Shown here: positions 1 through 11,077 of the stretch, piece after piece
Position numbering within the stretch: position 1 is the first letter of the stretch
Layout of the letters: each line of letters opens with the position of its first letter
Source: Phyllosticta citribraziliensis
Lineage: Eukaryota
Direction: 5' to 3'
Assembly (NCBI RefSeq): GCF_038025025.1
Contig: NW_027117340.1
Coordinates: 2,480,001 to 2,525,330, forward strand
DNA: 45,330 bases
Translations under genes and position numbers: made by a program
Notes under the pieces: model-generated
Database searches by the model: none
Told to the model about the DNA's origin: nothing
What the model saw: only the letters and a program-made list of their open reading frames with translations

Positions 1-557
1 TATCTAGTAGTTACTCCTATAAGAAGCCTCTAGTAATTAGTAAGGATAATGCCCTAGTATTAAGATATATAATATCTATAAGTCCTAATATATAGAGCTA
101 AAAGCTATACTTAAGGGACTAGTAGTAAGGGAATCCTAGTAAGCTATTATCTACTAGTAACCCTAGTAGTACTTATTTAGATGTTAAGATAGGGGGATCC
201 TTACTAGATAAAGCCTTTTTATTAGTTCCCTTAGTTCTAGGATCTATTATATTTACTATTATAAATAAACTACCTATTAATAGGGTATTACCTTTAGCTT
301 TACTCCTCTAGTCCTAGTATAGTATAGTATATATAGCTAAGCTAAATAGGAAGAGTAGGCTCTATACTAATATATAGATTACTAGAATAAGTTATAGTTA
401 AGAAGGGGCTATATATTATTCTATTATATAGCCCTAAGTCCTTTTAGGGACTCTTACTTATTATTAATAGTAGCTATAAATATATCCTTACCCTATATAT
501 TATAGGTAGCTCTTAAAGATCTATATTAGTAATCTATACCCTATAAATAGTAGTATA

Positions 558-626
558 TGTCACGACTTGTAGATTTCTTATTACGCAGGTAAGGGCTAAA
601 GGCAAACTGCTAGAGAATATATATAT
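558..626 (-). repeat. A2 3' LTR, distal (U5) fragment
   Basis: Reverse complement of the last 69 nt of the A LTR; continues at 8879 after the A1 insertion. Confidence 0.9.
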
Positions 627-1049
627 TATTATAATAGGTATATACGCGCCTATATAAGTACTAGGGCCAGCATAGATAAACCTGGCGTCATATAGTTATA
701 AGAAGTACAAGCCTCACCTCAGGTAGCAGCCCGCCGCAGCTCAGGCTAAAACCCACAGGCTAGTACCAGCTACTACAGCCTGGCACCAGCCACTATAGCC
801 CTAGGCAGATACTATATAACAGCCCATTAACACCTCACCTTTACAACTTACCTAATAATAACTAAGGACCCTTATACAAAGGATAAGAGGTAGAATAGTA
901 TAAAGGAAGGACTAGGAAATATATAGGTAGTAAGTATCTTTTATATTTTATTCTTTTAACTTATTAGATTTAATTAAGATATATATATATTTTCTAGCAG
1001 TTTACCTTTAGCCCTTACCTATATAATAAGAAATCTATAAGTTATAATA
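627..1049 (+). repeat. A1 5' LTR (423 bp)
   Basis: Colinear with 8451-8873 apart from transitions; RIP-altered TG..CA ends (TATTATAA/TTATAATA); internal 20-bp tandem unit near 760-805. Confidence 0.95.
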
Positions 1050-1061
1050 GATATAAAAGAT
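1050..1061 (+). promoter_or_regulatory. Self-priming type primer-binding site of A1
   Basis: ATATAAAAGAT (1051-1061) is the exact reverse complement of ATCTTTTATAT (936-946) inside the LTR; no TGG tRNA-type PBS. Confidence 0.7.
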
Positions 1062-1283
1062 CATTCTAAGTTTTAGCTCTATCCTACTTCTTTACCTATA
1101 AAGGTATTATAATATTTAACCTAAGTAATATTATATACAGCTATAGTCTTATATAAGACTGCTTATTACTTTTCCCTAGTAAACCCAAGTTATCTTTATT
1201 AGGCGCATTGGTATTATCTAAGGACTAAGGAGTATTAAGTATATATTAACTATAGAAGTCTTTAGTTAAGGCTATAGGGTAGT

Positions 1284-2850
1284 ATGTAAATGTCTAGGAG
1301 GCGTCCTATCTATAACCTACTTAAGGGACATTCTAAGTAGAAGACTATAAAGATAGTATAGCTAAGAATAAAGCTAATATATCTAGTACTACTAAAGGTA
1401 TTAGTACTAGTTAATTAACCTAATAAGATTCGCGTGAAGGAACTAAAGATTCGCGTAATACTAGATACTTATTAAATAATAATAAGAGAGGACCTACCCC
1501 TATTCTCCTATATAATTTCTACTTAGTCCTAGTAGTAGAGGTAAAAGAATGTACCTAAGACCTAGAGTTAACTTATACAGTTTAAGCTCTAGTTATAGAG
1601 GCGTTTATAAAGGTACTGTACTTAGATATTAATTAATTTAAATCTAAGATTACATCCTTAAACAAGTCTTAAGTATAGCAGTAACTAAACTATATATAAA
1701 GGTAAAACTAGGCTCTTAAGTAAACGCTCTTAAACTATACTAATAGACTTAGGGAAGTTCTAAGGGAAGGATATATTAGGCCCTCTTTATTAGCTTAGCA
1801 CCTAAGACCTATTACCCTCTCTTAAGATCCTTCTACTAGTAGAGTTATAAGGACTCTTAGACCTCCTCCTAACTATATAAGGGAAACTACTACTAAAACC
1901 TCTACTTTATCTTTAAGTAGTAAGAAATACTAAAGTAGTAAGGTTCCTAATCCTCCTCTTCTTACTAATAGAGAAGACCCCTTATATAAATACTAGACCC
2001 TCCTTATATAAAATAAAATTAAACAAAACCACGATCACTTTACTAAAGATATAGTAGAGGAGACTAAATAGAATATTACAGGTTATATTATTTCTTATAT
2101 TAGTAGAGAAGTCTTATATTACCTAACTCCTTTCCTTACTTCTTATATAAAGGCTAATAAAGTTACTCTAGATAAGGATATCTTTAAATTCCTAGATAAC
2201 CTCCTCTAGAGTCTATATAAATATAAGGATATAAAGAAGTAGTTATACTCTCTTATATACTATATCCCTATAGACCTTTAGAAGTTTTAATTAAACTTTA
2301 TATAATTAGCCTTAGACGCAGATCTTCCCTAGGAATAGTAGAAAGAGGACTTTTATAATATAATAGATCCTCTCCTTTAAACCTATATAGTTACTATAGA
2401 GTAAGATAGGGATATTAACTTTTATAAGTACCTCTAATAAGCCTACCCTATTACTTAAAGTCTTAGTAACTACTATTCTAACTATAGAAAACTAATACTC
2501 ACGTCGCGTAAGGAACGAGTAAAGAAGAGATAATAAGAATAAGTAAAGATAACTACCTTAGGCAGTATAAGTGCTTTATCTTCTAGTTATACCTAGGCGC
2601 GATCTATATCTAGGGCTCCCTCATATAATACAACCTATAAAGGTAAAGTAGAAGTCTATATAGAGATTAGACTATATAATTACTATAGCTAGTTTAGCCA
2701 TTTATAGAGATAATGCCTATAACCTAAGATAAAGGTAATAGAGTTAGTTAAAGAAGAAAGCGCTAAAGATGTCTATATAAATAAAGGAGATTAGTCTTTA
2801 TTAGAAAATAATAAGGCCTAGGTAAAGTCTCCTACCTTAGGTCTAAACTT
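1284..2850 (+). pseudogene. gag: A1 gag relic with CX2CX4HX4C zinc knuckle
   Basis: 2675-2716 tat aat tac tat agc tag ttt agc cat tta tag aga taa tgc de-RIPs to CNYCGQFGHLQRQC; ends approximate; many TAA/TAG stops. Confidence 0.8.
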
Positions 2851-5800
2851 AGAGTAATACATATTAAAGGTTCTTATATAAATCTTAGTTACTTTATTAG
2901 AGGTGTACCCTTTACTATATAAACCTTAATTATATCTAACGGCCGCGCCTTAGAAATTCGTGCCCTAGCTAATACTAGTACTAGTAGTATAAGTTTTATT
3001 CACCCTAAGCTACTACTAACTCTCTAGTCTATAGGTGCTATAAAAAAGAGAATAATAGGTAAAGGGCTTAATATTACTAGGTTTAACTAATATATAAATA
3101 AGAAAGTTAATTTTTACTTTTATCTTTAACTCTACTTCTAGGATCGAATAGTTTCTACTTATACTTTTATTTATAATATTAGCTGTAATAATATAATTCT
3201 TAGGTAATAGTTTTTTAACTAGTACAATGTTCTTCTAGACTATAAATAATGTAAACTAGTCTAGAGATAGCTACTAGTTAACTAATCCTTTTAGTATCTT
3301 TTATGCCTACTAAAAGTCTCCATGTAAAGCAACAAACCGCAGAAAGAATATTAAGTAGATATAGACTATAGAGATAAAAACTTTAATAAATGCCTTCTTC
3401 CCTTAGTATAGGTTATTAAGGGAATTGAATTTTAAATTTAAGATGCTTTTAAGCTTTCTATCTATAAAATACAAGTTATACTAATAGAGATCTATACTAT
3501 TAACCTTATACAAGTTTAAGTGGCTCTTAAAGATAAAGAAACCGAGGAATTATTAGCTTCTAAGCTACTAGCTACTTATAAGGAATTTTAAGATGTGTTT
3601 TCTAAAATAGAGTCTAATAAGCTACTACTATATCGCGCGGGGGTTAATTATAAAATATCTCTTATATATAATAGTCTACTAGAGCTTCTACCTAGTCCTC
3701 TCTATAGAATGTCTCTAGAGCAGCTTAAGGCTGTAAAAGAGTATATTATTAAGAACCTTTAGAAAGGCTTTATTACTAAGAGCTTTACTACCTATACTTC
3801 TCCTATTCTTATAGTGAAAAAGCCTGGTAGGGGATAGAGATTTTACATAGACTACTAATAGCTTAATAAATAAACTACTAAGGATTCGCACCCCCTTCCT
3901 CTTATTATAGAGTTACTTCAGCGCGTTAGAAAGGGCAAAATTTATACTAAGCTTAATATTTAATAAGCTTTCTACTATATTCATCTTACTAAGGATTCTA
4001 AAGACAAGACTACCTTCTATATAAGATATAGCTTATTTAAATACCGTGTCTTACTATTTAGATTAAGTAACAGACCTATAGCCTTTTAATATTTTATCAA
4101 CTAGGTTCTCTTTAAGTATTTAGACGATTTTATTATGGCTTTTATAGATAACATACTTATTATCTCTAAAGACCCTATAGAGCACAAGGAATAAGTAAAA
4201 AAAGTACTAGCAAGACTATAAAAAGCGGGACTATAAGTAGATTTAAAGAAGAGCAAGTTTTTAGTTACTCATATAAAGTTCCTTAGATATATTATTTCTA
4301 CAGAAGGCATTTAGATAGACCTAGATAAGGTAGAACCTATATAAAACTAGCTAATACCTAAAACCCTTAAAGCTCTTTAATCCTTCCTAGGTTTCTATAA
4401 TTTCTACTAATAATTTCTCCCTAACTATAGACAAATTAGCTGGCTATTAGAGAAACTATACTCTAAGGCAAAATGGCGACTACTAGGACCCCTAGAAGAG
4501 GAGGCAATTTAATAACTTAAGAAGCTAATATATAGTAACACACTCCTAGCTAACTATAACCCTACTCTTAACACTTATATAGAGACTAATATAAGTGATA
4601 GAGTTACTATAGGTGTTTTAACGCAGCTCTAATAACCTTTATATAATTAGAAACTAGTAGCGTTCTACTCTAAGGTAATAGCAGATGTAGAACTTCATTA
4701 TAGAATTTTAGATAAAGAACTGCTAGCTATTAAGAATAAACTAGAAGAATAGAGACTAATACTTATCAGCCTTAAAAAACCTTTTCTTATAATTACAGAC
4801 TATTAGGCATTAGAGTACTACTCTACTAAACGACAACTTAATTAATAACAAGCTAGATAGTCTAAGTTTTTTATAGAGTTCTACATATAATTCTCCTATT
4901 AACTAGGAAAGGAAAATATCATTACTAATTACCTTACTTAAAAATAAGAAGACCTAAAGACTTAAAAAGAAAAGATAAGGGCTATATAAGAGATGTGCCT
5001 TATCCTACTAGAGACTATTATCTCTCTTTCTATTTTAGAATAAGAACTTCCTCCTCTAGTATTATTTTTAAATAAACTCCTCTGCGCAAACTAGGAAGAT
5101 TCTAAATTAGAACTCTAGAGATAGAAAGCCCTCTTAAAGGACCTTAAATAAAGAAATAGTTAGGAACTAAAGGATGGTCTTTTACTATAATATAGTACAC
5201 TCTTTATACTAGATTATAATAACCTCTATATAAGAACGCTTAATACTTTATATACCACCTATATAACTACCTATCCTAGTATTATAAAGATGCGAAAACT
5301 CCTTAAGTAATATTACTATTAGCCAGCTATAAATCGCACGATTAATATTTACAGGCGAGGATACTATATTTACTACTAAATAAAAGAGTTTTATAATAAA
5401 GACCTAGGCCTTTTATAACTACTAGAGATTCCTACTCAACCCTAGTAATACTTAGCTATAGATTTTAAAGAGATACCTAAGGACTAAAAAGGCTACAATA
5501 TAATCCTAGTTATTATAGACTAGTTAAGTTAAAGAACCTTTAGCTTGCCTTATATAAAGAAGATTAATACTAAAGGAGTCTCTAGGCTTTTTTATAAATA
5601 TATCTACTATATTTATAGAAACCCTAAGTCTATCCTATCTAACTAAGGCCCTTAGTTCATCTCAGCGTTTATAAATAAACTATATAAGCTAACTAGTATA
5701 GAGTAGCATTTTAACTTATCCTACTACTCTTAAACTAATAGTATTATAGAGATTGTTAATCAGCATCTTATATAAAGATTAAGACCTTTTATTAATTACT

Positions 5801-6650
5801 TTTAGAATAATTAGTCTAATCTTCTACTATTAATAGACCTCATACAAGTAACACTTCCCTATAAAGCTACTAGACTTTTACCTTTTAAGATTAAGTTAGG
5901 ATATTCCCCTTAAATACACTATAACTAGTAATAAAGAATAGAGACCCCCTAGCAACTAGAAAAGATAGCTCGCATAGTAGCGCAAACGCTATAAAAGAGA
6001 AGATAAGAAGCTTTTAAATTTATAAAGAATCTTATTCTTAAATCCTAAGAGTATATATACTAATAAGCTAATAAATACCGTCACGCGCTAGACTTTATAG
6101 TTAGAGATTACATCTATATTAAGAAAACTAAATAGTCTACTAATCGGCTAAACCTTAAATTAGACTTCCCTAATACTAGACCTTTTAAGATTATAGGAAT
6201 AGAAGGACCCTCCTATATCCTTAATCTTCCCTTATATATAAAGATGGTCAACCTTTTCCACGCTAATAGGCTATATAAGGCCGAAATAGAACAGCTTCCT
6301 AGTTAGGAATATACTAAACCTAAACCTAAGATTATTTAAGATAAGCCTAAGTAGGAAGTAGACTATATTTAAGCTAGTTAAGTCTTATATAGGAAGCTTT
6401 AATACCAAGTTAAATAGACTAGATATAACTAAGATGACTAGTAGTATAATATAAGTTCTTTTAGTAGTATACTATAGAAAATTAAAGAATTCTACTTATT
6501 ACACCCTATTATAGCAGGACTACTAAAAAATCTAGAAAAATAGAAGGCTGCCTTCCTCTAAGAAGAACTATAGATTAAAATAGAAAGTAATAATAAAATA
6601 AGTCACTTAGGCCCGTAGTAAATATTATAAAGATATAGAAAGTAGACTAA
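2810..6650 (+). pseudogene. pol: A1 pol relic (protease, RT, RNase H, integrase, chromodomain)
   Basis: De-RIP motifs: IRALADTG ~2956-2980; PLYRMS ~3697; VKKPG..WRFCVDYR ~3815-3860; F(V/I)DD 4141-4152; ETDASD ~4582; DKELLAI ~4711; ILSDRGPQF ~5632; EPEWEVD..YQVKW chromodomain ~6341-6500. Ends approximate. Confidence 0.9.
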
Positions 6651-6659
6651 TTAGTTTAC

Positions 6660-7900
6660 TATCTACCCTTATATAAATACTATTAATCTTAACTTCTACT
6701 CTTTAGTCTCTCCTTTTTACTACTTATTCCCTACTATCCTCTTCTTTAATTTCTACCCTTTACTTCTTTCCTTTTCCCTTCTTCTTATTATAATAGTTAT
6801 TATATAAGACCGTCTCCTCTAGATCCTCTAGCTTATTAGGCAGGATATTCTACTTAGCTAAAGCCTAATTAGTTTAATCCTCTAACCTAGCTTAGTAGTA
6901 CAAGTTCTAGAACTCCTCTATATAAATTTTGTCTTTATACCTCTTATAATAAGTAGGCGGCTTGGCACCCTTTAAGTTACTTATAGTGTAGTTAAGGTTG
7001 CCTATACCCTAAAGGCAGTTAGTGTAGCAGCCCTATAAGAAACCAGGCAGGTAGCGACAATTAATAAACGCATAAGTATTAGTATTATTATAATACTTAG
7101 TACAGCTAATAGGGTTATTAATTCTAGTATACTAGATAAGAAAAGCATCGCGCGAGCTAGCTTAAGTTTTAACTAATAAGTAGTTAAATTATTAAGTAGA
7201 AACTATAATATATAAGTAAGGCATGCTATTACCTAAGGCCAAGATGTATTTAGCATACTCTTACGCTTTAGAACTACTAAGGCGCACCTATATAGTTAGT
7301 TAGATAAGAATCCCTTATATTAGTAAGATAAACTTACTTATACAACACTCTCTATATTCTTATAAGGAATGTAAAGCATCAACTTAAAGTCCCACTTAAT
7401 AGGTACCTTATTAGAGCTAACTAGTAACGCTGCAACACAAATCTCACTATTACTACTATTATATAAAGTAGTAGGCAGCAAGTACTCAGCTACTAGAACC
7501 TAATAAGCTATAGGATTATAATAATAGTATATATAAGTAGGCTCTTTACCTTCTTCCTCTAAAACAGGCTACATAACAGCGAACCGGCGGCAACACAGCA
7601 TAATGCACTAGTTAGTAGCAGGCTGCGCAGCTATAGATGATGAACCTTGTATAATAACTAATAATACTAATTAAGTAGAACCTGATGCTATAGTATGCTA
7701 TAGGTAAAGTGATAAGCCTATAGCTATTCCTAGCTAAATAAGTAAAGCCTAGCCTAACTAAGTCTTTATATAAGTGTCCTCCTCTATAATTGTATTGGTT
7801 GGTAAGACGGGACGATAAAGTAGTAAAACCTAGATATATAATACTACTTATCAGCCTAGATAACAATTAGCAACGGTCTAAAGAGATAGAATTAAAGTTT
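6660..7900 (-). pseudogene. A1 antisense accessory ORF relic with six-Cys cluster (DUF3716-like)
   Basis: Cys cluster at ~6985-7170 on the minus strand (intact tgt-cgc-tac and aac-tgc codons); limits uncertain. Confidence 0.55.
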
Positions 7901-8440
7901 ACTTACCTTAGAACTCTACGTAATAGTCCTTATAGATACTGCTAGCTAAAATAGCTCTCTAAGTAAGTAGCAACTATAATAGATCGCGAATAATACTATA
8001 TAATAACAACTTAATACTATAACTCTTATATAATAGTAATAAGTCCTAATAGACTAGACCACAATAAGTAGTAGATATATTAAGCACACAGCAGCTAGGA
8101 ATGTCTACTTTACTATTAGTAGGGTATAAATCATTTAAATTATTAGAACCTTTATATATAACAGTTAGTTTACTAGATTATAGCTAAATTAGACCAGGGT
8201 AATAACATACTTTAATAGGGAGCTTTAGATATAGCTAAGTAAGATAGTAACCTTCTATAGGTCATATAGTAAAAGAGATAGTAATAGAAAGAGATAGTAT
8301 AGTAGTAGACCTAGACTAACAATTATACTTTATAACTATATAGAATACTTAAATTGCTAAATCACCACTATTATATATTACGAGTCTATACCTATATAAG
8401 TACCTATAGCCGCTAATTCCTATAATTTTAGCTTCTCTTT

Positions 8441-8450
8441 AGGGGGGGCA
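8441..8450 (+). promoter_or_regulatory. Polypurine tract of A1
   Basis: AGGGGGGGCA immediately before the TGTCA start of the 3' LTR; mirrored at 9278-9287 (A2) and 31407-31416 (A3). Confidence 0.9.
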
Positions 8451-8873
8451 TGTCATAATAGGCATATATATGCCTATATAAGTACTAGGGCCAGTATAGA
8501 TAAACCTGGTATTATATAGTTATGAGAAGTATAAGCCTTACCTTAGGTAGCAGCCCGCTGCAGCTCAGGCCAAAACCTATAGGCTAGCACTAGCTACTAT
8601 AGCCTGGCACCAGCTACTACGGCCCTAGGTAGATACTATATAACAGCCTATTAACACCTTACCTTTACAACTTACCTAATAATAACTAAGGACCCTTATA
8701 TAAAGGACGAGAGGTAGAATAGTATAAAGGAAGGACTAGGAAATATATAGGTAGTAAGTATCTTTTATATTTTATTCTTTTAACTTATTAGATTTAATTA
8801 AGATATATATACATTCTCTAGTAGTTTGCCTTTAGCCCTTACCTATATAATAAGAAATCTACGAGTCGTAATA
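8451..8873 (+). repeat. A1 3' LTR (423 bp)
   Basis: Starts TGTCATAATAGG, ends GAGTCGTAATA; direct repeat of 627-1049. Confidence 0.95.
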
Positions 8874-8878
8874 GATAT

Positions 8879-9277
8879 ATCTTAATTAAATCTAATAAGT
8901 TAAAAGAATAAAATATAAAAGATACTTACTATCTATATATTTCCTAGTCCTTCCTTTATACTATTCTACCTCTTATCCTTTATATAAGGGTCCTTAGTTA
9001 TTATTAGGTGAGTTATAAAGGTAAGGTATTAATGGGCTATTATGTAGTATCTACCTAGGGCTATAGTAGCTAGTGCCAGGCTATAGTAGCTAGTACTAGC
9101 CTGTAGGTTTTAGCCTAAGCTATAGTAGGCTGCTACCTAAGGTGAGGCTTATACTTCCTATAACTATATAATACTAGGTTCGTCTATACTAGTTCTAGTG
9201 CTCGCCTACTATATAATACTAGGTTTATCTATACTAGCCCTAGTACTTATATAGGCGCATATATGCCTATTATAATA
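8879..9277 (-). repeat. A2 3' LTR, proximal fragment (with 45-bp internal duplication)
   Basis: 69 nt (558-626) + 399 nt = 468 bp, equal to the partner LTR 16679-17146. Confidence 0.9.
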
Positions 9278-9829
9278 TGCCCCCCCTAAAGAGAAGCTAA
9301 AATTATAGGAATTAGCAGCTATAGGTGCTTATATAGGCGCAGACTTATAATATATAACAGCAGTAATTTAGTAATTTAAGCATTCTATATAGTTATAAAG
9401 TATAATTATTAGTCTAGGTCTATTACTATACTATCTCTTTCCATTACTATCTCTTTTACTGCGCGACCTATAGAAGGTTACTATCTTACTTAGCTATATC
9501 TAAAGCTCCCTATTAAAGTACATTATTATCCCAGTCTAATTTAGCTATAATCTAGTAAACTAACTGTCGCGCGCGAAGGTTCTAATAATTTAAATAATTT
9601 ATACCCTACTAATAGTAAAGCAGACATTCCTAGCTACTATACGCTTAATACATCTACTACTCATTATAGTCTAGTCTATCAGGACTTATTACTATTATAT
9701 AAGAGTTATAGTATTAAGTTATTATTATATAGCATTATTTATAATCCGTCATAGTCACTACTCACTTAGAGAGCTATTTTAGCTAGTAGTATCTATAAGG
9801 GCTATTATATAGAGTCCTAAGGTAAGTAA

Positions 9830-11070
9830 ACTTTAATTCTATCTCTTTAGACTATTACTAATTATTATCTAGGCTATTAAGTAGTATTATATATCTAGGT
9901 TCTACTACTTCATCATCCCGTCTTGCTAACTAATATAATTATAAAGGAGGACACTTATATAAATACTTAGTCAGGCCAGGCTTTACTTATTTAGCCAGGA
10001 ACTACTATAGGCTTATCACTTTACCTATAGCATACTATAGTATCAGGTTCTACTTAATTAGTATTATTAGTTATTACGTAAGGTTTATTATCTACAGCTA
10101 TACAGCCTGCTACTAACTAGCCTATTATACCACATTACTACTAGTTTACTGTTGCGCAGCCTATTTTAGAGGAAGAAGGTAAAGAGCCTACTTATATATA
10201 CTATTATTATAATCCTATAGCTTATTAGGTTCTAGTAGCTAAGTACTTACTACCTACTACTTTATATAATAGTAGTAATAGTAAGATTCATGTTATAGTA
10301 TTACTAGTTGGTTCTAATAAGGCGCCTATTAAGTAGGACTTTAAGTTGATGCTTTATATCCCTTATAAGAATATAGAGAGTATTATATAAGTAAGTTTAT
10401 CTTACTAATATAAGGGATTCTTATCTAACTAATTATATAGGTACACCTTAGTGGTTCTAAAGTATAAGAGCGCGCTAAATATATCTTGGCCTTAGGTAAT
10501 AGCATGCCTCACTCACACATCATAGTTTCTACTTAGCAATTTAACTACTTATTAGTTAAAACTTAAGCCAGCTTACACGATACTTTTCTTATCTAGTATA
10601 CTAGAATTAATAACCCTATTAGCTACACTAAGTATCGCAATAATACTAATACTTATATATTTATTAGTTATTACTACCTGCCTAGTTTCTTATAGGGCCA
10701 TTACGCCAACTACCTTTAGGGTATAGGCAACTTAGACTGCACTATTAGTAACTTAAAGGGTACTAAGCCGCCTACTTATTATAAGAGGCATAAAGATAAA
10801 ATTTATATAGAGAAGTTCTAGAACTTATACTACTAAGCTAGGGCAGAGGATTAAACTAATTAGGCTTTAGCTAAGTAGGATATCCTACCTAGTAAGCTAG
10901 AGGATCTAGAAGAGACTATCTTATATAATAATAGTTATAATAAGAAGAAGGGAAAAGGATAGAAGTAAAGGGTAAAAAGTAAAGAAGAGGGAAGTAGGGG
11001 ATAAGTAGTAAAAAGAAGAGACTAGAGAGTAGAAGTTAAGGTTAATAGTATTTATATAAGGGTAGATAGT
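9830..11070 (+). pseudogene. A2 antisense accessory ORF relic with six-Cys cluster
   Basis: Homologous to the A1/A3 region; cluster at ~10558-10743; Lys/Glu-rich tail 10940-11040; limits uncertain. Confidence 0.55.
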
Positions 11071-11077
11071 AAACTAA

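Larger units (their letters stand above)
627..8873 (+). mobile_element. Ty3/Gypsy chromovirus family A, copy A1 (8247 bp, RIP-inactivated)
   Basis: Direct 423-bp LTRs 627-1049 and 8451-8873, PPT before the 3' LTR, gag-PR-RT-RH-IN-chromo order; flanks TATAT/GATAT with 5 nt excess relative to the intact LTR. Confidence 0.95.

Noticed and set aside
7612..7866. Track ORF (-, 84 aa)
   Set aside because: Lies in the accessory region but in a frame that looks less protein-like after de-RIP than the frame continuing into EEEGKEP; non-ATG start; not called as a gene.
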